Shown one piece after another: positions 30,865 to 40,626 of a stretch of DNA of 64,000 bases. The stretch lies in contig CAXXSR010000001.1 in assembly GCA_963662615.2 (NCBI GenBank), positions 64,001 through 128,000 of the forward strand, in the 5' to 3' direction. The first letter of the stretch is position 1, and each line of letters begins with the position of its first letter. The position numbers and the translations under genes were made by a program. The notes under the pieces are model-generated. The model was not told the DNA's origin and did not search any database. It was given only the letters and a program-made list of their open reading frames with translations. The stretch comes from Dehalococcoidia bacterium. Lineage in GTDB: Bacteria > Chloroflexota > Dehalococcoidia > Bin125.

Positions 30865-32400
30865 ATGATGACAAAGCTTATACGGGGATATCCCGCCACC
30901 TCGGAGCGAAGTCGCGGGTGGCTGCGATACCTCCATCGCAAAGTAACGACGCCAGACAACTGGGACAAGGATGGGGAACCGCATCCGCACTGGGATGCGT
31001 ATTCCCGCGAACCCACCGGGTCATGGGCGCGCATGGACCTCAGAGAATCGGGCCATGCCATGGTGTTGATGGCCGATACCACTCCGGCCTGGCGTGAGGT
31101 CTACAGCCAGGTTTTGGATGAGCTGGTCTACCGACATACGGGCTACTACGCAGCCAAAGACTGGCTCGATCAGATCGGACACGACCCCAGGCGGGAGAAC
31201 TACCAGGAGGGTTGGTACGAGTACTTGATCCCCAAGCACCTACGAGGGCAATACGATGTGCCCGGTTGGACCGCCAATGGGGTGGAGCCTTGGGGGCTGC
31301 AAATGGATCCGATCGGGGCCGACGGTAATCTCTTCTTCAAGGGCTGGTTCCTGATGCTGCTGGGGTTTCATCTGTACGTCTCGGGTGACGAAAAATGGAA
31401 CCGACCGTTCGAGATGATTCGCGATGGGGAAAACACCTTCACCTGGACTCATACCTCAATTGCGGAGCACTTGGCGAATCAGTGGTCCCGAACGCCCGAG
31501 GGCAATCAGTGAGAGAACACGAAAATCTGGCCACAGTGACTGGCCGGAGCGGGCCTCGGTCTGAGGCTCCACGACATGCTCTATGGAAGTGACTTGCACC
31601 GGGTGTTCAACCACTGGTGGGAGAGGGCCAAAGAGCTCTATGGACTCGGTCGGATCCAGGGCCGGGGCACCGATCGCTCGACCTTATACTACGACCCTCT
31701 GGTCGCGTACCATCACCCGACGGAGGCGAGCGGGCACCTGATGTTGGCCCACGAACTGGTCGGTCAGAAATATGAAGAGGCGAGGCTGCTGTTCAGAGGC
31801 GCGGCCGAGTACTTAGGGTGGACGACGCTCGACGAGGTCAAGGAAGGGACGATCAATTTTACCACCCTGAAACCAGAGCCGAGCGCGACGCTTCGGGGCT
31901 TGACCCTATCGCGAGAGTTTGGCGAGGACGCGATCTACGCCAAACTGAAAGACTACGCGGAGAAACATTATGAGCCCACCTGGGATCACGACAGCGGCGA
32001 ATTCACTTGGGGTTTTGGGTTAAACGAATCGTATCCACGCGGGCAGTACAACGCATCGATGGCGGTGCATGAGGCGGGCAGTCGCGCTGCGTTCTGGCGC
32101 CTCTACCACCAACCGAACCACAAGAAATTCCTGGAGCCGACAGTGTATGACGTGGACTTTCCGTCCGTTTGCGTCTCACAAGCTTGGTATGATGCCGACC
32201 GTCGTACCCTCATTGTGTCGACGGATGCTGGACTGCCTCGCAGGGCCGGTCAGCCGAGATCATTCAAGGTGAGTCGTGTGGACGTGAACAACGTGAGCGT
32301 GAGGGTAGATGATCACCTCTCGGATCAGTGGTCCATTGTCGATGGAGACGTGGAGATTGTCACCACGATTGGCGAGCACACCTACCTCATCTCTCACTAA
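30865..32400 (+). CDS. Linalool dehydratase/isomerase-like protein, predicted selenoprotein with two Sec (TGA 31510-31512 and 31537-31539)
   Basis: One frame across ORFs 30823-31512 and 31576-32400; DPIGADGNLFFKGW and GNQ*ENTKIWPQ*LAGAGLGLRLHDMLYGSD match the Ldi C-E-x7-C motif; RBS GAGGAG. Confidence 0.8.
31526..31548 (+). promoter_or_regulatory. Candidate SECIS for the first UGA
   Basis: 8-bp stem UCUGGCCA/UGGCCGGA with loop CAGUGAC, 13 nt after the UGA. Confidence 0.55.
31551..31569 (+). promoter_or_regulatory. Candidate bacterial SECIS for the second UGA
   Basis: 11 nt after the UGA; stem GGGCCUC/GAGGCUC, loop GGUCU (compare E. coli fdhF GGUCUG and its 11-nt spacer). Confidence 0.75.
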
Positions 32401-32595
32401 GAGGTCTTACGACCGGGATTTGTCACGGACATGCGGTGTCATGGTGTCGGCGGTGATCTGATGACACGTGGCGCACACCGCTGGAAGGGACCGGCGGGTG
32501 TAGCCAAGTGCTCGCGCTGTCTATGGCGTCTCAGTTTGGGCTAGCGTGGGTGTGCGCGGAAGTCAAGGTGTGGGGCTGTTCTGGCCCAGAACTGC

Positions 32596-32617
32596 TGTGC
32601 CGGCCCAAAACTCCATC
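32596..32617 (+). mobile_element. Solo terminal inverted repeat of the IS at 17771
   Basis: TGTGCCGGCCCAAAACTCCATC. Confidence 0.85.
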
Positions 32618-32681
32618 TCCATCTAGTAGCGTGTGAGTCGACTGGCCACGGTTGGAATGTTGAGCCGTCGCAACCGCACCC

Positions 32682-33425
32682 CTACGGCCCCGCTACCCCC
32701 TGCATTTCGTAGAACGCGGCGTTCACGACGTCCGCCGCGTGTTCCCGCATCGCCCGGTAGTACCGCGACGGGTCGCCTTGCAACACGGACCCGTGGTGGC
32801 AGGCAAGAGTGTCGATTGCGAGCGGCTCGATCCGATCCAGCAGCTGATTCAAGTGCGCTTGCGACGGCAGCAGCCCGAAGAACCGCGCGCATGCCAAGAC
32901 TTCGTCCGATCAATCCTCGTCGGTGAGCGGCTCCCGGTCTCCTGTCTGCATGAACAGGTCCGACGAGAAGAGCAGCCTGTCCGTCTCGTCGTACACCACC
33001 AGGCTGTCCCAGTAGTGCACCCACGGCGCCAGGATCATCCGCAGCGTCTTCCGCCCGAGGGTGAGCGTCTCGCCGTTCGCGGTCGCCCGCGGCGTCGCCG
33101 CCGTGAAGTCTCCCAACGTCACCGAAGCACCCACGGGGCTTGACACCACCTCCGCCTCCGGCGCCTCGGCCAAGAACTCGTTGAGCGACCCGCACTCGTC
33201 CATTTCGAAGTGCGGCACGATCAGGTAGCGCAGACTCGCCGGGTCCACCAATTGCGCCACGGCCTCGCGGAACAGCGGGTACATCTGCCGGAAGCCCGTC
33301 TCGACCATCGCCGGCTGGTCATCCCGGATCACGAAGCAGCCGACGCTCACCGGTGCCGGCGCGACTATGCTCATCGAGTCGGCGCGGGTCCGTTGAACAC
33401 TGCGAACGGGCGAGAGATCGAGCAT
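32682..33425 (-). pseudogene. MBL-fold (FprA/ODP-like) protein with an in-frame TGA at 32910-32912
   Basis: PHFEMDECG, PWVHYWD, LFSSDLF and ACHHG motifs in one frame across the TGA. Confidence 0.75.
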
Positions 33426-33489
33426 GGAGCACCGCCAGGGCGTGCGTGCCGTCGCCTCCGCTGAGTACGCCAGCATCCTTGCGGAGGCC

Positions 33490-33756
33490 GAACCAGTACC
33501 TCCTCAGGACCTTGTTTACCCGGCTTGGGGATCGGGCCGGGTGCACGCCAACCCCCACCCCTTCCGGCACACCTTCGCCACCTGGACAATCGAGAACCAC
33601 GCCCGGAAGTTGGACGTGCAGTACCTGCTGGGCCAATCGACCTCGGCGATGGTGCGGCGCTACTCGGCGACCTACGATGCGGCCAAGGCCGCGGCCGCGC
33701 ACGCAAGCTTCAGCCCCGCGGCGCGGCTCCTCCGCAATGGAGCGATCGGCTCCTGA
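33490..33756 (+). pseudogene. XerC/D-like tyrosine recombinase, C-terminal remnant
   Basis: HPFRHTFAT..VQYLLGQS..MVRRY (H-x-x-R and catalytic Y); frameshifted. Confidence 0.88.
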
Positions 33757-33963
33757 TCGGCCAAGACTCCGCCGGCGAACGCACGTTCTCCCTCCGCCGT
33801 CACGCGACGCGGGGTTCCGCCGTCTACGTCTGGGAAGGGCCCGGTGCCCACGGTCTCCATTTGCCTGAGAATGGGAGCCCGGGGCAGCTCGACGCCGGGC
33901 CTTGCGCTCTTGAGGCGGCGAGACTCCGCGGGAGGCCGACTCGATGTCGGATAGCTGTGTGCC

Positions 33964-34551
33964 ATGAAGCTGACTCTTGCCTACGTGTCTCCGGACACGA
34001 CGGAATTCGACGTGCTCCAGCTGTGCGAGCCGTACTCGTCGGTCCGGGATGTGCAGCTGGTCGAGTCCCTCGCGGGCGGGGGTCGGATGCTGGCGATCGT
34101 CGACTTCGCGGATGACGCCGAAGCGGCCCGGGCCATCGCCGCGCTGGACGGCACGCAATTCGCCGGGCGACCGATGCGAGTGCGAGCGGTGTCCGAGACC
34201 GACGTCCGGCCGGCTTCCCGAACGCGGCAAGGCGCGGCCCCGGCTCTCCGGGCCGACGCCGGGGCCGAGAGGGCGAGGGCCGTCCACCCTCGCGGGGAAT
34301 CAAGCGGGCGCCGACGGATCGTCACGCTGCCCGCTGGGGCGGTCGCCCGGGCGGGGCTCTACGTGATCGGAACGCTCCTCCTGATGCTTGGGTTCGGCTG
34401 CCTGGGGCTGGCGCGGGGGCTGCAGGGAGCAGGGCGACAGCTCATCCGCGCCACCCGGTGGCGACACCCGCTCGTTGCCAGCGAGGCCGGACACCAGCAA
34501 GCCGACCGAGCCCCCGACGACCGACCACACCCCGACGCCACGCCTGACTGA
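33964..34551 (+). CDS. RRM RNA-binding domain protein with a C-terminal hydrophobic segment
   Basis: AIVDFADDAEAARAIAALDGTQFAGRPMRV. Confidence 0.7.
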   Translation: MKLTLAYVSPDTTEFDVLQLCEPYSSVRDVQLVESLAGGGRMLAIVDFADDAEAARAIAALDGTQFAGRPMRVRAVSETDVRPASRTRQGAAPALRADAGAERARAVHPRGESSGRRRIVTLPAGAVARAGLYVIGTLLLMLGFGCLGLARGLQGAGRQLIRATRWRHPLVASEAGHQQADRAPDDRPHPDATPD

Positions 34552-34574
34552 GTGCTCGGCGCGTGCAGCGCACG

Positions 34575-34620
34575 TGTGGTAGATCAGCGGCTTCCCAAGC
34601 AGAGGGTCGCGGGTTCGACT
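34575..34620 (+). pseudogene. Degenerate tRNA-Gly(CCC) fragment
   Basis: TGGTAGA (D arm), GCTTCCCAAGC (anticodon arm), GGTCGCGGGTTCGA (T arm); no acceptor stem. Confidence 0.7.
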
Positions 34621-34984
34621 GGCGGGCGCAAAACCCGAACCTCTGTGGGATAGAGCTGTCCGAGATAAAAGTTGATTCTCGTCTGATCGAATGCTCGGGC
34701 GCGGCAGGATCTGATCCTGGAATGCGCTCACGTCACCGCAAGGCCGGCCACGGCTTCGATTGCGACGGTGCTCAGGTCCTCGGTCGCTGCGGTGGGTGAT
34801 CGGGTCCCTCCCGAGCTTCTCGAGCATTAATCCTTCGGTCAGCAGGTATCGACGACCTATCGGGAGCGGATTCACGCCGGATTGATGTGCGCTTGCCCGG
34901 CGTACTCGGTCCTTGAGGTCGGCTTCCGTCAATCTCGACACGTAGAGAGCGAACGAGTCAGATAGCGCCTGGAACGTCAAGCGC

Positions 34985-35186
34985 CTATTCGACCGCCAGG
35001 TCTGGACCACCCGGGCCGAGCTCGCGGCGGCGATCTTCGAGTGGATCGAGGGCTGGTACAACGCGCGCCGCCGGCACACCGCGATCGGCGATCTCAGCCC
35101 GATCAACTTCGAACGCGCTCGTCAGGCCGCCGAGGATGCGGCACGATCTCTACACCCGAACAGTCCTGGAAACCGGGGCAGGCTTA
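34985..35186 (+). mobile_element. IS3-family 3' remnant with right end
   Basis: WTTRAELAAAIFEWIEGWYNARRRHTAIGDLSPINFE, then GTCC..GAAACCGGGGCA. Confidence 0.82.
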
Positions 35187-35399
35187 GGTGCTGGGGAACC
35201 CACACCTCAGCAATATTGTCCAAGATGGGCAGGTTGCTGGGATCTCATCGAGCCCAAGAGTCTCCGCGTGTTGGAGTTGCATCGGTTTGAGCCGACCTTC
35301 AATCACCAGAACGGGAGCGGTTGGGGGCTACGAGCGATGACAGGAGCGGCGAGGCGATCTGCCACAAGGGCATTCAAGCGCGTGGCGAGGAGGATACGC

Positions 35400-35684
35400 A
35401 TGGGGTTTCTGAGGCTGTTGAGCAATCGAAGAGGGGCCATACGAGCCCTCTTGGCCCTCTTAGTCGTGGTCCCGACAATCTGGGCTGCTATCGGCGGGGG
35501 GCTCTATCTGATCGTCACTGGCAATCTGTCCGAAGGCGTCGCGCTCTTCGGAGTGGCCACGGCGGCGGCCACTGCCGTGCTCGGATTTTATTTCGGGAAT
35601 CGCAGCGCGGCAGGAGTCCCAGCAGAGCAGGCTGTTGCCGTAGAAGAGACGGCTGTCCTTCCGCCGACGGAGGTAGGGCCATAA
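35400..35684 (+). CDS. Small 2-TM membrane protein
   Basis: Two hydrophobic helices and VLGFYFG; TAATG coupling to the next gene. Confidence 0.7.
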   Translation: MGFLRLLSNRRGAIRALLALLVVVPTIWAAIGGGLYLIVTGNLSEGVALFGVATAAATAVLGFYFGNRSAAGVPAEQAVAVEETAVLPPTEVGP

Positions 35685-36094
35685 TGCTCCGCCCTGTACC
35701 ACATCAGATCATTGAGCCCTTCGGATCAATGACAGACGAGAGGCGGGCCCTTGGCCTGCCGGCGCACCGGGGCATCGACCTCGCGGCGCCCCTAGGCACC
35801 GTCGTTACTGCGCCGTTTGCCGGCGCGGCAACGACCGGCCAGGACGACGGCGTCGGCAACTTCGTCATCATCACGGGGGCGTACAGAAACGGCCGCGACC
35901 GGCTCTGGTTCAAGGCACACCTCTACCATCTCAGCAAGATCACAGTGTCAAACGGGCAGAAGGTCGAGGCGGGCATGGACGTGGGCTTCGTGGGGAACAC
36001 CGGTCGACTCATCACCGCCCCGCACCTCCACCTGGGACTGCAGCGTCTCGTCGGCGGTGGTTGGCGCTGGGTGGATCCGGAGGAGTACCTATAG
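35684..36094 (+). CDS. M23 family metallopeptidase
   Basis: HRGIDLAA, YHLS and GNTG...APHLH motifs. Confidence 0.88.
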   Translation: MLRPVPHQIIEPFGSMTDERRALGLPAHRGIDLAAPLGTVVTAPFAGAATTGQDDGVGNFVIITGAYRNGRDRLWFKAHLYHLSKITVSNGQKVEAGMDVGFVGNTGRLITAPHLHLGLQRLVGGGWRWVDPEEYL

Positions 36095-36192
36095 CTGAAC
36101 GATCTCGCGGACTTCGACGCCGGTGGCGGCACTTTTGCCGATCCGCTGCGATGTCGTCCCACGCGGGAGCAGTAAGTAGGGGCGGCGATCGC

Positions 36193-36612
36193 ATGACCGC
36201 TGCCCACGACGCCCTGGCCGGCCTGCGCCAGTCCGCGCGTGACCCTGGCTCGCGGGCTGCGGGTGGACCGGAGGCCGCCGGCCGGGCACACGTTGTGCGT
36301 CGCCGCGAGAATCTCGGGGCGATCGCGAGTCGGTACGACACGACCGTGCGAACGCTGGTGGAGCGCAATCAGATCGCGAACCCCAACCTGATCCGCGTAG
36401 GGCAGGTGCTGTTGATCGACGCGCAGGCGGTCGGGCGGGCTGAAGAGCCGGTTGTGCCCCGCCCGACGGACCGGAGTGTCTACGTCGTCCGTCCCGGGGA
36501 CACCTTGAGCGGTGTCGCGGCACTGTTCAACACGACGGTCCAAAAGCTGTAGAGGAAGAACGGGATCCGCAACCCCAACCGCATCCGCGTGGGGCAGAAG
36601 ATCAAGGTCTGA
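36193..36612 (+). pseudogene. Double LysM protein with an in-frame TAG at 36550-36552
   Basis: NQIANPNLIRVGQ; YVVRPGDTLS..TTVQKL*RKNGIRNPNRIRVGQKIKV. Confidence 0.8.
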
Positions 36613-36915
36613 CCAACGCTCGAACCCAGCTGGGGTTCGGGGCCTCCCGCCTTGAGAGCATGCGAGGAGTCGAGACCGCAGGTATCACAGCACGCGGTGG
36701 GGCGAGGGTCCCGCCGAACCCCCGGCGCCGGCGGCTTCCGGCGCCACGAACTGCGTGGCCTCGCGGATCGCCTTCTCGCTTGACTGCTTGCCACGCTCCG
36801 TGACAGCGTCCCCTACGACGCTGGGCGGCGTGCCCAGTCCGTCAAGCACACAGTCGTGGCTCGACCGCGGACCGAAGATCTCCTACAGGTCTTGGGAGTC
36901 CCGTTAGTTCAAAAC

Positions 36916-38916
36916 TTACCCCGGGGGATCAGTATCCAAGGGCTCAACATCAAAGGTCCCGATCGCCGGGGGTCCCTCCACATCGCGCTCGAAGATCGCG
37001 GTGACCTCCCACGTCCATCCCATCCGGCGCTCATTGATGATGAAGCCGTCAGGACTATCAAAGACGTACACCGGATCTTCGCTAACTTCTTCCCCATTAA
37101 ATAGCGCTTCTTCCATCACGACTGGAAATGAAGCGGTCGCTGACTGCACCACGAGGCGATAACGTACGGCCTGCGCACAGAGACTCCACGAAAATCTCCA
37201 GATGATTCCGTCCGTGCGATCGCGGCGACCGTTGTCCAGCACGTCGCCTCGGCTAGGAGAAAGAAGTGTCGGTGCGCAACTCCTGCCTTCGTCAACTTCT
37301 AGAACCAGGAGTGCTTTGGCCGCATCTTCCGCTTGCTCAGCTCCCATCCTGAGCACCTCAGCCTGCGCTTGGGCCGCCTCAGCCACCCCTACCGCCCGCT
37401 GGGCGTCGGACCGCGCCCTATCAGCATCTTGCCACTGCCACGCCGCGAGACCCGTGAGGACGAGGCCAATAGCCAGTCCCACCACTAAGGACGCGATGCG
37501 TCTCCGAAGTCGCCGACGCGCGACCTGCTCACGCTCTTTCAGAGCCTGGCTTGCATCGAGGAAGGACCGCTCTAGCTCATCTAGCTCTGCCGGGTGCGCT
37601 GCCGACCACGCAGTCGCTTCCGCCAGCCGTTTGCCTCGTAGTAGGGCGTCCTCGTCGCTGCCCAGCCGCTGCCACTCGCGCGCCGGCCTTGCGAGCGGGT
37701 GCGTCGCTCCCGCCCGCCTCTTGCTGTCCCATGCCTCGTTGTCGGCAAGAATGGGACCGATGCAGCGGTCGTGGCTGAGCTCGTACCAACGCGTGCCCGC
37801 CCGGTACTCCGCGCGAATCAGGTGCTGTCCTTCCAGCACGTCGATGGCGGCGTTGGAGATGCCTCCGGTGGACTCCTCATCTCGGTAGACCGTGCCGCGC
37901 GTCCCCATGGTCGTGATCAGCGTGCTCCCGAACCAGCGGCGAAGCGTCGGCTCGTCCACGCTGGATGTGCCCGTCGCCGCGCCGAGAGCATCGCGGTAGA
38001 ACGTTCGCAGCGCGCGGTCAACGTCGCCAAATTCCCGCAGGTGGCCTTCGTCGATGACGGTGGTTGCGGCCGGCAAACTGGACCAGAGCGTCACGCAGAC
38101 GACCTGCAACTGCACGGGTTCGACATACGGTCCGGTCACCGCCACGGCTTCGCCACCGGCGCTGACGGCCCGCACCTGCAGCAACTCTTGGACCAAGCGT
38201 TCGGCCACGCCTGGTGCGAAGGTGCGATCGGCATCGACGAGCGGCCCTTGGACCGCCTCGAGGGCCGCCGGCTCCCGGAGCCGCTCGAGCCGAAAGCGGG
38301 TCCGCAGCCGCTCGGGTAGCTGGCGGGCAAAAGGATCGAGTTGGGCCAGGTAATCCTCACGAATGACGAAGACAACCCGCAGCAGGGGATCGGCGGCCAG
38401 CGCCGCGGCCACCTGATCGAAGAACGCGAATTGGGCGGCGGACCCGCGATCGGTGATCAGCGTGAACAGCTCTTCGAACTGGTCGAAGATGAGCGCCCGC
38501 GGTACGAGGTGCCCCTCGTCGTCGGTACCGCGCGGACGCGCCGCCAAGAAGTCCGCCAGGGTGGTGCTCATCAGGGACTCGGGTTCCGCCTCTGGGTCGA
38601 GGTGGAGCAGGGCGTTGAAAATGTAGAGATTCGTCACGCTGGCCGGATCCACTCCCTCCGGAGCGGCGCCGAGCACTCGGGCCAAGGGGAGGACATTGAA
38701 CCCGTTCCCCTGTAGCGCGGGCGCGACGCGCACATTGAAGAGCGAAGTTTTGCCCGCGCCCGACTGGGCGTAGGCGAGGACGACTGGATGGCCCCGGATC
38801 AAGGAGACGATCTCGTTGGTTTCCCGCTCCCGCCCGAAGAAACGGGCCCGGTCCGTGGCGTTGGCTTCGAACGGGCGCGGGCCGACGTCGGGATTCTGGT
38901 CGGGGGAATCAGGCAT
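36916..38916 (-). CDS. nSTAND1-like NTPase with TM helix and extracytoplasmic C-terminal domain
   Basis: GPRPF..FFGRERE, AQSGAGKTS, LIFDQFEELF, IREDYL, YELSHD and LLRGKRL motifs. Confidence 0.85.
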   Translation of the reverse strand: MPDSPDQNPDVGPRPFEANATDRARFFGRERETNEIVSLIRGHPVVLAYAQSGAGKTSLFNVRVAPALQGNGFNVLPLARVLGAAPEGVDPASVTNLYIFNALLHLDPEAEPESLMSTTLADFLAARPRGTDDEGHLVPRALIFDQFEELFTLITDRGSAAQFAFFDQVAAALAADPLLRVVFVIREDYLAQLDPFARQLPERLRTRFRLERLREPAALEAVQGPLVDADRTFAPGVAERLVQELLQVRAVSAGGEAVAVTGPYVEPVQLQVVCVTLWSSLPAATTVIDEGHLREFGDVDRALRTFYRDALGAATGTSSVDEPTLRRWFGSTLITTMGTRGTVYRDEESTGGISNAAIDVLEGQHLIRAEYRAGTRWYELSHDRCIGPILADNEAWDSKRRAGATHPLARPAREWQRLGSDEDALLRGKRLAEATAWSAAHPAELDELERSFLDASQALKEREQVARRRLRRRIASLVVGLAIGLVLTGLAAWQWQDADRARSDAQRAVGVAEAAQAQAEVLRMGAEQAEDAAKALLVLEVDEGRSCAPTLLSPSRGDVLDNGRRDRTDGIIWRFSWSLCAQAVRYRLVVQSATASFPVVMEEALFNGEEVSEDPVYVFDSPDGFIINERRMGWTWEVTAIFERDVEGPPAIGTFDVEPLDTDPPG

Positions 38917-39695
38917 GGGAGAAGGCCTCCCAGCGTGCACGTAACTCCCCGGCGAACTCCCGCGCGTCGCCCCAATAAGTCCGCACCTTGATCTTCTGAA
39001 TCGTGTCGAAGTACGCGTCGAGATAGCGCTGAGCGCGTTGCCGACCGTGCTCAGACGCATCCGCCGCGGGCGGCGCCAGCTGCACGGCAATGCTCGTCAT
39101 CCCCAAGCTCGCGCCCAGCGAACCGATGAGCCCGCGGAAGAGGACGCGGATGTTCCAATCTGTAAGGCTGTAGCCCACGAACAGTAGCGACGTACCGGCC
39201 AACGCCGTGCGGATTGTGGCCGGGAGCAGGTCTTGATCGTTGGAGAGGCGCACGAGGAAATCGAGGTAATCGTCCTCGGTCAGGACCAGCGACTGCGGAA
39301 GCGCATAGTGGCCGTGAAGGTGATAGACGAGCGGGGTGGCCGGACTGGGCTCGAACCCGGACGCTAAGGCAGAAGGCTGCTCCATCTCGACGAAGCGATT
39401 CCAGTGGCAGAGTTCGCGGACCGGGTCCTTCTCTCGCGCCTTGAGGGCTTCGACCATGAAATCGTCGTAGTTCGTGGTGATATAGAGGGGGAGGTTGAGG
39501 TCGGCCAGCACGCCGTGGGGCGAGTCGGCGGCGGAAAAGTCGGGCGGCTGGACGTCGCGGAATCGGCGCTGCACGTCTTCCTTGGGAAAGAGGTCGTCTT
39601 GGTCCACGGCGAGGTATTGCGCGACCCGAGCCAGGTCCTGCGAGTCTTGGAGGGGATAGCCGTGCTCCTCCGCCCACTGGCGCGCTATTTCGCGT
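38909..39695 (-). pseudogene. SIR2-like (SIR2_2) protein, 5'-truncated
   Basis: ITTNYD, YHLHG, LVLTEDDYLDFL and LLFVGYSL.DW motifs; N-terminal GAG motif missing; overlaps the NTPase start. Confidence 0.82.
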
Positions 39696-40174
39696 GGGAG
39701 GTCACGGTGTTCCGCTACGGCCCCTACACGCGCGATGCGGAAGTCATCCGCCTAACCGAGGCAGTGCGTGACGACTTCGCGAGCTCTGCCGTCCCTGTTG
39801 GCCCCTTCTGTTTCTTTCGCTCCGAGCAGCATGCGTTCGCAGCCGTTGTGTTGGAACGTCGAGAGGGCAATGTCGGGGTGGAATTCGACACGATCACGCT
39901 CGCCGACTCCAATCGGCAGCTCACCGATCCGCCGGCATTGGAGATGGTGTCGGTGAAGCAGACACGCGATGCGCTACGCACGGCCACGCGCGTGGAGAAC
40001 CTGTCCGGTAGGGACCGACTGGCCCACGTGCACAACCATCTTGTCGATCTCCTGTCGTATATCGAGATGCAGGAAGGGTTCAGCCTCTTCCCGGGGGAGC
40101 GCAGTCGGGCGTCGTTGGACCGGAGAGTCAGTAGCGGACTAACCACCCGCAAGACTGAGGACAGACCTCGATAG
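39696..40174 (+). pseudogene. 3' fragment of an unrelated hypothetical gene
   Basis: Protein-like frame (..RLAHVHNHLVDLLSYIE..) with no start, back-to-back with the truncated SIR2. Confidence 0.5.
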
Positions 40175-40272
40175 CGAGGATTCGGCCAGCCGCCGCACAC
40201 TTCGTCCGAAGATGCGAGCGGTATCATGGTTGGCCTGGACCAGCCGGCACCGGGCCAGGAGAGGGGGAGACC

Positions 40273-40470
40273 ATGTCACTGAGAGTGGAGCGGTGGCGAT
40301 ACCTCGTCGCGGCTGTCTTGCGATCGCTGCCAGGACCTAAGCCGACGCACGCGGAGCTGCTGGGACAGATCCACGCTGAAAGCAACGGCAACCCGCACGC
40401 TGAATCGGGTGCCAGCGCAGTGGGACTCATGCAGGTCACAGAGTTGCCACCCGTGATCGCAAGGGGGGCC
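40273..40470 (+). pseudogene. Lytic transglycosylase (SLT) N-terminal fragment
   Basis: IHAESNGNPHAES.ASAVGLMQV. Confidence 0.72.
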
Positions 40471-40626
40471 GGGAAGCCACTGTTCATGGGGCTGATGAGG
40501 TTTCAGCGCCCTACACCAGGTTCTCGACCAGGAGATCACGCCGTCCCGACGCGAGTGCGCATGATTCGTTAGCATCGGGCGGGGGATGGCCGGCGCCTAT
40601 GCGGTTGCCTCCCGAGGGGAGGAGCA

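Noticed and set aside
31510-31539. Genome-wide TGA reassignment (Trp or Gly)
   Set aside because: TGA terminates many intact genes (typA, amidase, EEP) and Trp is encoded by TGG throughout
34575-34620. Functional tRNA gene
   Set aside because: No acceptor stem; anticodon and T stems are disrupted
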